Assembly (NCBI GenBank): GCA_977018835.1
Contig: OZ361259.1
Span: forward strand, 2,728,001 to 2,792,000
Source: Minutocellus sp. GHC0000111
Taxonomy: Eukaryota
DNA length: 64,000 nucleotides
Reading direction: 5' to 3'
In this document: positions 54,156-64,000 of the stretch, one piece after another
Position numbering within the stretch: the first letter of the stretch is position 1
How the letters are laid out: every line of letters begins with the position of its first letter
Program-made: the position numbers and the translations under genes
Notes under the pieces: model-generated
What the model was told of the DNA's origin: nothing
Databases searched by the model: none
What the model saw: only the letters and a program-made list of their open reading frames with translations

Positions 54156-55114
54156 CTATTCCTCGGCCTCCTCATCGTCGCCGCCGGCGATGCTGAAGTA
54201 TCGGAGCTCGTAAGTGTTCTTGTTGGAGGCAACAACGCGGAGGTAATCACGGAGCTGCTGCTTCTTGAGGTAACGCTTGGCGAGGTACTTGAGCTGACGC
54301 TTGGAGAAGCCAAGGTCGGCGGGGGAGGCAACGGTGAGCTTGGTCTTCTCGCGGGTGATGACAACGTTGTTCGAGGCGAGGGCACCGGTCTTGCCGTCGA
54401 CCTTGATGCGATCGTGAAGGTACTTCTCGAAGGAGGCAACGTCGAGGACCTTATCCTCAACGGGGGCCGTGCAGTCAAGGACGAACTTGACGGTCTGCTT
54501 CTTGCTGGACTTTCCCTGTTGTGATAGTGATGGCATGATTAGGTAATGAAAAAAGCAAAGCGTAAGTGATGGGTTCAGAGAGGACACACTTTTGCTAGTC
54601 TCTGCTCTCAGTGGAGAAGCAAGGACCAGCGCAAGCGATCCGTCCCCCATCACACTTCTGATTTGATTGGTGCATATCACTGCATCACAAAGAACACGCG
54701 GGGCGACGTACAATCTCGGAGAGAAATGCAGCGCAACGGGGTACAAACGCAACCACAAAAACCAGCATCTCACACCACGAGACAGACAGCTTCGAATGCG
54801 CACCAAACAAGGCGACTACAGGCAAATCTCCAAGATCAACCAGAGCACACTGCTGGTGAGCATATTGAAGCATGTTCTTGTCTCGGGTAGGATGAGGTTT
54901 GGGTCGGTCATGGGGTGTTTTTCTTGTGTGTGACAGTGGGCACCAAACCATATCAGTTGCCAACGAGAGGATGCAGACGAAGGGGGGCGGGGCGCCCTTC
55001 TCTCCTCATCGCGGATGTGATAGGGGGCGGATCGATTGGGCAGAACAGCAATGCAATTGCACCGAGACGGCGCAATGCAATGCAGGCAGCCGATTACAAT
55101 CAATCTCTTACCAT
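54156..55114 (-). CDS. RPL22: 60S ribosomal protein L22 (copy 2); intron 55111-54516
   Basis: Identical to copy 1. Confidence 0.93.
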
Positions 55115-55334
55115 TTTGTCTGTGTTTATTGTTTGACTCTACTACTTCTGTTCGCAAAAGTGAGAAGATGGGCCATGGATGCAAAGGGTTATGAGCGAAC
55201 GCACATTTAAGCCACTAAAAATAAGAAAAAAATTTAGAACCACTAATTTCATGGGGGTTTCAGTAATGCGTAAGAGCCCGGCGAGGCGATTTTCGGAGAA
55301 GTTTGCCTCATTTTTACTCGTCTCGGCCGTGCTC

Positions 55335-56145
55335 AACCCCCTTCTGCTCAATTGTCACGACGCCTGCGTCTACAATCTGACCTTCACTCCACAAGACGGA
55401 GTGGCTGAACGATGCCTGCATCAACTTCCAAATGACGAGACTTCAGCAGAAGCACAAGGACAGCCGAGCCAATCAAGGCGGAGGTGTTGCTCCTCCTCTG
55501 GTCTTTCTCGATCCTGCCGTCGTCTCCTACATGATGCACCAGTGCGATGAGGAGGATCTGGCCGACCTAGGACAGTCGTGGAGTGCAGACATTCAACGCA
55601 TGTCCACAGGTGGTGGCATTGATGAGTGCCGACCATGCGGACTCTTCGTTCCGATCAACGATCACAATGCCGCCGGTTCCGCTGCGTTTCAATCCATCGG
55701 TGGCGGGAATCATTGGAGTCTGCTTCTCGTTGTATTGTCATGCTCAAAGAAAGGTTTGGAAGGACGCAAACTTGCAGTAGACCAAATGCTCCACTTTGAT
55801 TCGCATGGTCGGTGCAATGCCACTGCTGCGGAGGCTGTGGGCGCCAAGATATACCAGGCCTTATCTCTCCACAACAATGACACAGCTACTCCTCCGAACA
55901 TGACGGTCACACTTACGCATTGTTCGACTCCTCAGCAGAACAATGGGCATGATTGTGGAATATTTGCTCTTGGGGCTGCAGAGGCACTTTCAGAATCATC
56001 GCTCTGGCAGAGTGAAAGGATCACAACACAAGATATGGAGAATGCGCTCACGGATTTTGTTCATGCTTTGGGTGGTGCCGAATTTGCCAAGAAGATGCGC
56101 CAAAAGATTGGACAAGATATCCGAGAATTGGCGGCGACGAAGTGA
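55335..56145 (+). pseudogene. SENP8/DEN1-like Ulp1-family protease with an intact catalytic region and a damaged 5' end
   Basis: FVPIND..GGNHWSLL..HFDS..PQQNNGHDCGIF (His-Asp-Cys). The start codon is deleted relative to copy 1; the next in-frame ATG is at 55432. Confidence 0.8.
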
Positions 56146-56422
56146 AGATATGGGAATACTTCCAATAGCTTCTAACAATAGTCACGTCGTATGATGGTAA
56201 TAATCTAGAAATAAAAATGCAGGGGATTCATTTTTATGCATATTCTTATCTTAGGTAATGTTTCAACCTTTCACTATGTTTGACACCTACTATACCGGTA
56301 AAACTTGCGAATCATCCAGGCGTAGATCTGTTTGTTTTGTATCATCCCGTGTACTGTAACAAAATACAACACCATTCATGCTTCACATCTAATACCTGCC
56401 CGTACCAATTTCGAATGCAAAT

Positions 56423-57544
56423 TTATTGTTCTTTGGCTTCGCCCTCCGACGCCGGCGCCACGGACGCCTGCGGACGCTTGGACCCGCTGACTGCTCCAGG
56501 AGCGGCAGTTGCAGTACTACTCGCCGGGCTCAAGGTTAGGGGAGTCACGGTATTGGCCCCCGCTGCTGCTACCGCTGGTACAGAGCCAGGAGGGACTGTT
56601 CCAGGAGCAGGGAACGGAACAGGAACAGGAACAGAAGCAGCAGGAGCTCCGCGAACTGCAAGTGCTGGGTTGGCAACCGGTACAGGAGGGACAAGAGGGA
56701 CAGCACCGGTACGTACCAGTAGGGCAGGATTTGGAACGGTTGTAGCTCCCATAACTTGCGCCTGCTGCTGCGTTGGAGCAGCGGCGCTGATCTGGGATCG
56801 AACCTTCGGTGCTCCTTCCCTGAGTGCTTGGGAGGCTTTCTGACGGGCCTGCTTATCATCGATCTCGACCCACTTGTTGGGGTCCTTGGGATCCTTCTTC
56901 AGGAAACGACCTGGAGGGTCGAGTTTCTTCATAATCGCAACAATGTCCCTGGCAATATACGCCTTCTCGTGCCTACTGGCACGGATATAGTCCGCCTGCT
57001 TGGCCTTGACGAGATTGCGAAACAAAATGTTACCGGGATGGTGATTCGTCAGACCACCACGACCAGAAAGAACATCATTGTTGTTGATAGCAAAGTCCTT
57101 CGACGACGCGGCCGGAACGTCACCCACGGCACTGTGGATGACCTTGAAGTCATCCGCCACCTTGGCCCCCACGGGCTTGACAGGCAAGAGCAGCTTCCTT
57201 TTCTTCTTTGGGGCGGAAGCGGTCGTGTTTTGCTCCGACGCCTTGGCCGCGGCCTGGGTCGAATCACCGGACGGCTCCTCCTCACCACCACTACCTTCCT
57301 GATCGTGATGCTCGCTGGCCAACCCGGCCAACAGATCCAGGGGGTTGGAGAAAGAATTGCACTTGCCGCCCGGACCATTGGGTGAAGCAGCCTGGTTTGG
57401 GTCTGGGTGTTCGTCACCGGCCTCATCTGCCGCCGCCGCAGCTGCCGCGGCTGCCAAGGTATCCGCGACATCGCCGTCGGCGGCAAGGGCAAGTTCCATG
57501 CTTACCCCACTCGGGGCCTGCTTCTCCTTCGGCGTAGTCGACAT
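56423..57544 (-). CDS. DUF6824-domain protein (diatom-expanded family)
   Basis: NDVLSGRGG..NHHPGNILFR..PPGRFLK..W..ARQKASQALRE; NLS PKKKRK. Confidence 0.85.
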   Translation of the reverse strand: MSTTPKEKQAPSGVSMELALAADGDVADTLAAAAAAAAADEAGDEHPDPNQAASPNGPGGKCNSFSNPLDLLAGLASEHHDQEGSGGEEEPSGDSTQAAAKASEQNTTASAPKKKRKLLLPVKPVGAKVADDFKVIHSAVGDVPAASSKDFAINNNDVLSGRGGLTNHHPGNILFRNLVKAKQADYIRASRHEKAYIARDIVAIMKKLDPPGRFLKKDPKDPNKWVEIDDKQARQKASQALREGAPKVRSQISAAAPTQQQAQVMGATTVPNPALLVRTGAVPLVPPVPVANPALAVRGAPAASVPVPVPFPAPGTVPPGSVPAVAAAGANTVTPLTLSPASSTATAAPGAVSGSKRPQASVAPASEGEAKEQ

Positions 57545-57670
57545 GGCGGGGAGGATTATCGTTGTAGAGTACCACAAGTACCACAGCAGTTTGACAGTAC
57601 CTAGGTACCGTATCACAACTTATTTTGTGTCGATCCCGCCAAGTGAGCAAATTTGCGGCGTGGCAGAGCA

Positions 57671-57716
57671 TACCTAGGCCTAGGTACCTAGGCCTAGGTA
57701 GGCCTACCTAGGTACG
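57671..57716. repeat. Nested palindrome array
   Basis: tacctaggcctaggtacctaggcctaggtaggcctacctaggtac. Confidence 0.85.
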
Positions 57717-57944
57717 CATGGATCGGATCTGCGGGAATGGTTTTCATCCGTTTGTCGTGGAGAAACCCGGAGCGACGCCAAACTCAAACAGAAAAGAGAC
57801 TCGCTGCTGCGCTGTCGACTGTACATGTATCTTTATCTACGTAGGGATTCCTATGCATGACATGTAACTAACATTTAAAGCCACTTTTTTAATTGTGCAC
57901 AATCTTTGACCGATCAACGCCCCGTTTTTGTAGTTTGCTTCTGC

Positions 57945-60256
57945 TCACATGACATTGCAATAACGCAACTTTGGTTTTTTTGCCCTTTTATTGATTCGTC
58001 CAAACAAGTCCTCTCCTTGTTGAGCGAAGAGCTGCTGCGCATATTCATAGAGTTTCATGTCGAGCTTGTTCTGCCAAACCAATAGATTCCATGCTTGGTT
58101 GCCCTCCTTGACCGAGCTCTGCGATTCAACATCGTTGACGACCATACTTCGGCATCCCTCCTCCATTCCTTCGCCGTTGGGGTCCCACTTGGGAGCGAAG
58201 AATTGCTGCATCCGCTTTGCGGATTCTTCCTTCTGGTCCATCAGCCCAATGACAAACTTCCTTCGCAACACTTCCTTGGCAACAGATAGGTGATCATTGG
58301 TCACCTCTCCCGATGTTTTGCCACTGAGATACCGAACCATCCAATTGTTCTCGGCATACTTGGACTTGGCATATTCTTCAAAGGACATTTTGGATATTTG
58401 TTCGTGCGATTTGTGATGGTTGGCATACACGGAGGCGGCACGTTCGATGGGGTGTCTCAAAAAGGTAAACATTCGTGCATAATGATCCGAATCCAGCAAA
58501 TGCATGGTCTCATGAACGAGCGAAGATACGAGCACCCCATCGTGGTCTGGATCCTGAAGTGCTGTACGGGCATCATCAAGATTGTCCGCGGTCACGACGC
58601 TGTACTTGATGCTATGGCATTTTGACATGAGATCAATGATCATCTGTCCACCGCTGCGAGGGACGTGCCAAAATATAGGAGTTTCTTTCATAAAAGCTTC
58701 CATGCCCTTTTTCGTGTATCGACTCGATAGATCGGCCACGTAATCGTACTGGGATGGCATGTGTTCTGTCACCAGTGCTTTCACACCTGGATCGACCGCA
58801 TCAGCAAAACCAGCACCTCCAAGTTTTCCTCCTCCACCAAGACCAGGCAGTTCGTCCACCGGTCCCAAATCACCAGTGCTCAACCCTCTGGTTTGGGCAG
58901 GCCTGCGGCATTGCCACCGGTCGCTGGCGCGGCTGCCATTCCCATCATATCACCGGCCGACGATGCCTTCCCCCTCAAACTATTCAATGCCTTCTCGCTG
59001 AGAGGTCGGTCCATCCCTTCGTCGTGTTCCGCAAGCGTACCAGCGGGAAGGGGTCGGACCTTGCCCCCAGGCAATCGACTGTATCGATCTCCACGCGATC
59101 CACGTTCGTGCTTCACCACGACACTGAGTTGGACGGCACTGTACACCAACCCAATGAGAGACAGCATGATCATTCCCGCCCGGAGGTGCACCATCGTTGC
59201 TGGCTTGGAGCGAGAATTGTGCCGGCTGAACGGGAAGGAGGAGGGAGCGAACGCTCCGTTGATGTCGGCATTGCCTCTGGCCACCTCACTTTGATTTGCC
59301 AGGAATCCATCGAGTTCACCAGGCTTGTTTCGCCGGCGGGTGGTTGTCGCTTCGTCACCAAGGCCCATGGATTCCAAAATCGAAGACACACCGTGCGTTA
59401 CCACGCTATTGCTCCCATCCGATCGGTGGGTGGCATCACCATACAGCGACCCGCCCTCCCCACTACCATGATATCCTGATCGTCTCCGACTAGGGGCGCC
59501 GCCACCATCACCTTTGAGGGTACTCACATAGGAAGACTTGTACCTTCCATCACCGCTGCCGCGGCTGGCATCGTCGTTCTTTTTAGAGCGGGCATATCCC
59601 GAGGAGGATCCAAAGGACTGTCCAATGGCGTTGAGGCCGGTGCTAAACAGCCCACCGGACGCAGGACCACTGCCTGCAGCAGCCGCAGCCTTTCGGGCAT
59701 ACTTGTTATCATCGGCATGTCCACCCCCGTCGCCACCGTGTCCATCGTTACCAAACAGAAGCTCGTCGTCGTCCATTTGCTGCTGCGACCGCCTCGACCG
59801 ATGACCATTGCCCGTCGCGGGGACATGGACCGACGGCAGACCCGACGCTGCGCTCACCACGCTCTCTCCAGAAGTGCCATGCATCTGCCTCATAAAGTCG
59901 TCGTCATCACCGCCGCCATTCCGCCCCCTTCCGCCATTGCGAGTATTATTGTTCTGCTCCTCCATCCAACCGCCGGCCTCCCCGTCGCCCTTGTCCTCGT
60001 CGCGATCTCCGAGCAGATCATCGAACAGGGCATCGATCTCGGCCCGCTTTGTGGCAGTAGTTCGAGATGTCCGAGCCGTCCGGGTGGTGCGGAGAGTTTG
60101 CAACGTGCCGACGGTCTGGTCGTCATCGTCCATCATGCCTCCCCCTGCGCCACGACCGGTCACGTGCGAGTGGAGCGAGGTGTTGGCCGGGTTGTGGAAA
60201 TTCGGCCGGGATGGGCTGCCGTTGCCCATGGCGGCGCGCTGCCTCCGTGACGCCAT
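57945..60256 (-). CDS. Golgi type-II membrane sulfotransferase with a 1-nt frameshift at ~58883
   Basis: Long disordered N-terminus; TM AGMIMLSLIGLVYSAVQLSVVV; PIFWHVPRSGG (5'-PSB), FLRHPIERAAS (3'-PB) and NKLDMKLYEYA. The two ORFs abut at gagggttgagc. Confidence 0.8.
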
Positions 60257-60761
60257 GTCTCTACTAGGCTGTGTGTGTGTGTTTTGGGTTGGTCTCAGGG
60301 CGGGTGCTGCAGTAAGCGTATGTGTTCCGTCGGCAACGGCGCGGCGGTCACTCTCATGGGCCGGGCGCAATAAATGACCTCGAAGCGGGGCATAAGTGTT
60401 GAGGACGGCCAGTCCAGCCGCAGGCAGCCAGAGCACGGACGGAATTTTCGAGTCAACAAGAGATTTATTTGCAGATTTTTACGCATGTGCCAACATTGGA
60501 ACTTCATTAGTACACAGTACAGATGTACTATTAGCTCTAACTCTAGATCTAAGAAATTCTACATAATAGTAGTCTAAGTGGCGGTTACCATAGATCTAGA
60601 TCTACATGTAGACTACATGTAGATCTACTACCATTTTTGCAATCACCACCAGCGTCACCTGCTTGCTTTCATCACTGTCCACACACCTCTCTCCGTCCCT
60701 CTCTCTTTCTCATCCATCTGCACATCCCTCTCTCACAAACTGTTAGATCATTCAATCATCA

Positions 60762-63401
60762 TCAAAGACCCTTGCATTTCGGATAACAACGGGGGCATCC
60801 AGCTGCCCTCGTGCACTTGGTATACGATTCGACCAGGCACTCGCATTCATAGTCTTCCAAACGTTCCTTGGTAGCGCCCCCACCACACGAATAGACAGTT
60901 GTGCGCACGCCCTTCATATCTCCAGCGTAAATATCCAGCAGAGTAATGGCATCGGGCTTGTAGTGTAGAGCAGATTTGGTGTAGAGTCCAAGCTCACGGA
61001 TGGCTCGGCGGACGCGCAGCACATCTTCCTTGTCGGTAAAGTTGTTCGTATAGGCACAAATAACAAAGCTTCCATTCTTATTCTCGGGCTGATCTGAGAT
61101 CTTGGCGGTAGAACCGAGCTTGCCGGAGATGCATGCATTCCTAATCTTTGGCCAAATCTCACCGGCACTTTCCGGCTTGACATTGAGAAGCCATTTGCCA
61201 TGCAAAACATTGTGCTTTTTGGCAAGCTCAATAATGAGCTCATGACTCTTCCTCGCCGTCAGAGTCTGGTCATGTTTCTCCCTGAATTCCTTCTGATACT
61301 GCTCAATATCGCTCAAATTGTCCACTCGAGACTTGCCCGGATAAAGTGCTGCAAAGTTCTTGCAGTGCGTCCAGATCCATCCACCGCTACTGTAGGCGCC
61401 AGGATTGTTGTCGACAAGTAGCGATCCCATCAAGAAACAATCTTGCGCATCATTGTCGTCATCACCATCAGGTCTCTGGCGCTTGCTGCTGTCGACGATG
61501 GATGTACCGGTATCACTACCACTGCTGCGTAGGTACGCGTGCTTGTTCCTCAAGCTGCCAACATGGCCGGGCGCCACGCTCGAGCCAACGCTGCCAGAAT
61601 ACTGCGTCGATGGTATTTGAATAGATGCTGACTTGCTGTCCGCCATTGCACCAAACAATGCAGCCGAAAGAGCGCCCGGGCCAATCATCGGGGCCACTGC
61701 TTGGTCCGTTGGTCCAATATTTTGCGTTGGCATGGGCTTTGGTGCAGCATTCGCGTGACGCTCGGTCCCGCAGATGCACTGTAGAGCGCTCGGCTTGTTG
61801 ATCAATGTACACCGATGGCATTGCCACGAAGCAGTTGGGTTCGTAAGGGAAGACATCGCACCCGCGGCTGCCGCCGATGCTCCTGTGTCGCCATTCTTTG
61901 ACGACTCAAAACGCAGCAGTGCAGCTCTTCCCGCATTGCTCATTCCGTGGGACTGCTGGCTGCCTGAACGCGCCCTGCTCGTAGGTGCCGGCACCGGAGC
62001 TTGTTTCTCAGCCGCTGGTTTCATATCTTGGTCGTCGTCTTCGTCGTCAGAATCAAGAAGATCAATCACTTCTGGTTCGCATGCAGCCTTTTTAGGGTTG
62101 CCTCCCTTGGCGGTAGCTTGGTCTTCCCAGCTTTGCCCAAGTCGACGCCCCTGACCAGAAAATGCCACAATATTCTCAATACTAGTAGTATCATCTTCCT
62201 TCTTCTCGTCCTCATCTTCTTCGGCGTTACCATCCTCGTCGAACTTGATCGATGCTGCGGGAGCATCAATATCACCAGCCGCCCTGGTCATATTGTCCGA
62301 TTCAAAGAGCACCTCGGACTTGGCGAATCGCAGCCGATGGACGCCACTTCTCTTCAGCTCCTTAATGAGTGCACATCCCATCTTCTCCTGCGCTTCAATC
62401 TCGTCCTCCGTCAGCTCTCTACTGGCATGCTGATCCTGAGGCTTGAAGCGGTGGGACGCATCGATACGAGCATTGACGGCCCCAAAGTCTCGGTCTGTAT
62501 AGGCCTTCTCTCGCTCCTGCTGAAGGCAAAGATCACTGAAGCACTTTGTGGAGCGGTAGATGACACCCCGACGGGCTTTGAACTTGTTCCACGAAGGAAA
62601 CAGCCATTCTTCGGCAGGCACTTGCACAGCTCGCCCACCTGCCGATATGTACGACGATGTAGATTTGGGCACAGGGTGATTCGGATCGCAGTTGACACCA
62701 TGTTGCCAATCGTACCGCGAGGGTCCACTCATCACGTACATACTATTTGGAGGCAACGTCATGGTCACCTGCCATAGCCGACGCTTGTTGTTGCCATAAC
62801 TGCCCAGCTGAACCTCCTCGGCAGTCATCGAGCGGGTCCAATACGGATCGTCTGATACGGTCGTCGGATCCGGCGGAGTCCAATCCCAAGGCCGAGATGG
62901 ATCCACGGGCTTGCCCTTGGGAGCGCAATGCTGAAAGGTGATGGTACAGGGTGCACCAAGGGTCGCGACAATGACGTATTCGCCCCACTTTCCCCTGCCA
63001 TCCCAGTGGCATGGAAATTGTGACCCAGGATTGTACGTCAAGCCATAGCCACAATCTGGGATTGTCGCCTGCTCGAAGAGACCACAGTCTCGCACGGCAT
63101 TGATGATGCGATGCCAGTTGTCGGGCCACAGTCCATTGATCCCCGCCTTCGTCGGGTGCAGGATCGTCTGCTGGATTGGCACGCTCTGCTGCGTGACAAA
63201 GGGTTGAGGATTTGTCTCAAAGGTCTTCTCCTCAAACAGACGCCGATGGACCGAAGGGCTGAACACATTGGCAGCTACGTGAAATCCTGGTACGCCCATG
63301 GCGTCCCTTTCGAGATGGAAGCGGCCATTGGATCCTAAGATCCGAGGAGTGCCGCTGCCGACGATTCGCTTCCTCTTCTTTGATTCGTTCATGCTCGACA
63401 T
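60762..63401 (-). CDS. Multidomain protein: AlkB-like 2OG-Fe(II) dioxygenase, SHP/SIM/VIM-like motifs, RanBP2-type zinc finger and DUF1917/Bles03 (eIF4E-like) domain
   Basis: YNPG..FPCHWD, LPPNSMYVMSGPSRYDWQHGV and RRGVIYR; FSGQGRRLG; VIDLLDSDDE; GRAALLRFE; WQCHRCTLIN....QCICG; GKWLL...AKIS...VICAYTNNFTDKEDVLRV...YKPDAITLLDIY. Confidence 0.75.
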   Translation of the reverse strand: MSSMNESKKRKRIVGSGTPRILGSNGRFHLERDAMGVPGFHVAANVFSPSVHRRLFEEKTFETNPQPFVTQQSVPIQQTILHPTKAGINGLWPDNWHRIINAVRDCGLFEQATIPDCGYGLTYNPGSQFPCHWDGRGKWGEYVIVATLGAPCTITFQHCAPKGKPVDPSRPWDWTPPDPTTVSDDPYWTRSMTAEEVQLGSYGNNKRRLWQVTMTLPPNSMYVMSGPSRYDWQHGVNCDPNHPVPKSTSSYISAGGRAVQVPAEEWLFPSWNKFKARRGVIYRSTKCFSDLCLQQEREKAYTDRDFGAVNARIDASHRFKPQDQHASRELTEDEIEAQEKMGCALIKELKRSGVHRLRFAKSEVLFESDNMTRAAGDIDAPAASIKFDEDGNAEEDEDEKKEDDTTSIENIVAFSGQGRRLGQSWEDQATAKGGNPKKAACEPEVIDLLDSDDEDDDQDMKPAAEKQAPVPAPTSRARSGSQQSHGMSNAGRAALLRFESSKNGDTGASAAAAGAMSSLTNPTASWQCHRCTLINKPSALQCICGTERHANAAPKPMPTQNIGPTDQAVAPMIGPGALSAALFGAMADSKSASIQIPSTQYSGSVGSSVAPGHVGSLRNKHAYLRSSGSDTGTSIVDSSKRQRPDGDDDNDAQDCFLMGSLLVDNNPGAYSSGGWIWTHCKNFAALYPGKSRVDNLSDIEQYQKEFREKHDQTLTARKSHELIIELAKKHNVLHGKWLLNVKPESAGEIWPKIRNACISGKLGSTAKISDQPENKNGSFVICAYTNNFTDKEDVLRVRRAIRELGLYTKSALHYKPDAITLLDIYAGDMKGVRTTVYSCGGGATKERLEDYECECLVESYTKCTRAAGCPRCYPKCKGL

Positions 63402-64000
63402 CGCATCGCACACGGGGGGCAATGGACGTGAATCCACACACAGATTGCGCAATGGCTCCTACTACCGGTAGTACCTGGTATGGTAGTCACCCAGCTCTCG
63501 CACTCTCGCAAGCAATATGAGCACAACATGACCGAGCGAGATGTGGCGGGCGGATGGACGGGTGGACGGGATGCGGGCTAATTCTGTATGACGAAAAATG
63601 ACGTCGTAAACGTTGCTTTGCGATGGCGAGCTGCCGAGCCGACATGGCTGGGCTCCCACAGGAGCCCCCAAGCCCTCCGAGGCTGCGCGTGGTGTACATA
63701 ATGTGCGCAATAGAGTCTAGCTAGCTTAGAAGCTACGTAGTAGGCTAGTCTAGTAGATCTGGAGAGTCCGACCGAAGAGTTTTCTTTTCTCATTCGCCCG
63801 CCCTCGTCTCATTCATTTTCATATTCCCCCCCCCCCTCCACCAACCAAACATAAAATCGAGGCAGCAATGGGCAGGCATAAATTATCAATTTGGCACGTA
63901 AAAGCTTCCAATAGGGTGAGTACAAGCAGTTGTGGAATGGCATAAAGCCCGGCCAGTGCAGCATCCCATGTTGCATTTGTACCAGTATCTGAAGTTGGAT

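Larger units (their letters stand above)
42968..55624. repeat. Direct tandem duplication of ~6.35 kb (copy 1 42968-49313, copy 2 49314-55624)
   Basis: ORF sets are identical at an offset of 6346/6352. The junction ttgATGcatt at 49314-49316 shares ATG with both parental ends. Confidence 0.97.

Overview
This is gene-dense eukaryotic nuclear DNA, almost certainly from a diatom. The evidence is GT-AG introns, bipartite plastid presequences, two silicanin-type biosilica membrane proteins and a DUF6824 protein. About 30 protein-coding loci are present. Main observations: (1) A head-to-head pair of strongly diverged silicanin-like genes (9480-10703 minus, 12452-13732 plus) share a colinear set of near-identical non-coding blocks in their 3' regions, including a 31-nt hairpin whose only variable base is the bulge. 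This is a candidate undescribed post-transcriptional element for silica-deposition genes. (2) A multidomain protein joins an AlkB-type dioxygenase, p97/SUMO/ubiquitin-binding motifs and an eIF4E-like DUF1917 domain. (3) A ~6.35 kb tandem duplication has a 3-bp microhomology junction and a clustered deletion/micro-inversion scar, which leaves no intact SENP8/DEN1 copy. (4) Telomere-type (TTAGGG)n sits at a frame break and varies in copy number between the duplicates. (5) Nested TA-bounded palindrome arrays recur in intergenic DNA. (6) A giant Pro/Ser-rich cell-surface protein lies next to a prolyl 4-hydroxylase. Several genes show single-base frameshifts at homopolymers, so the assembly probably contains indel errors, and frame-break findings should be read with that caveat. 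All protein calls come from motif recognition; no database search was run.
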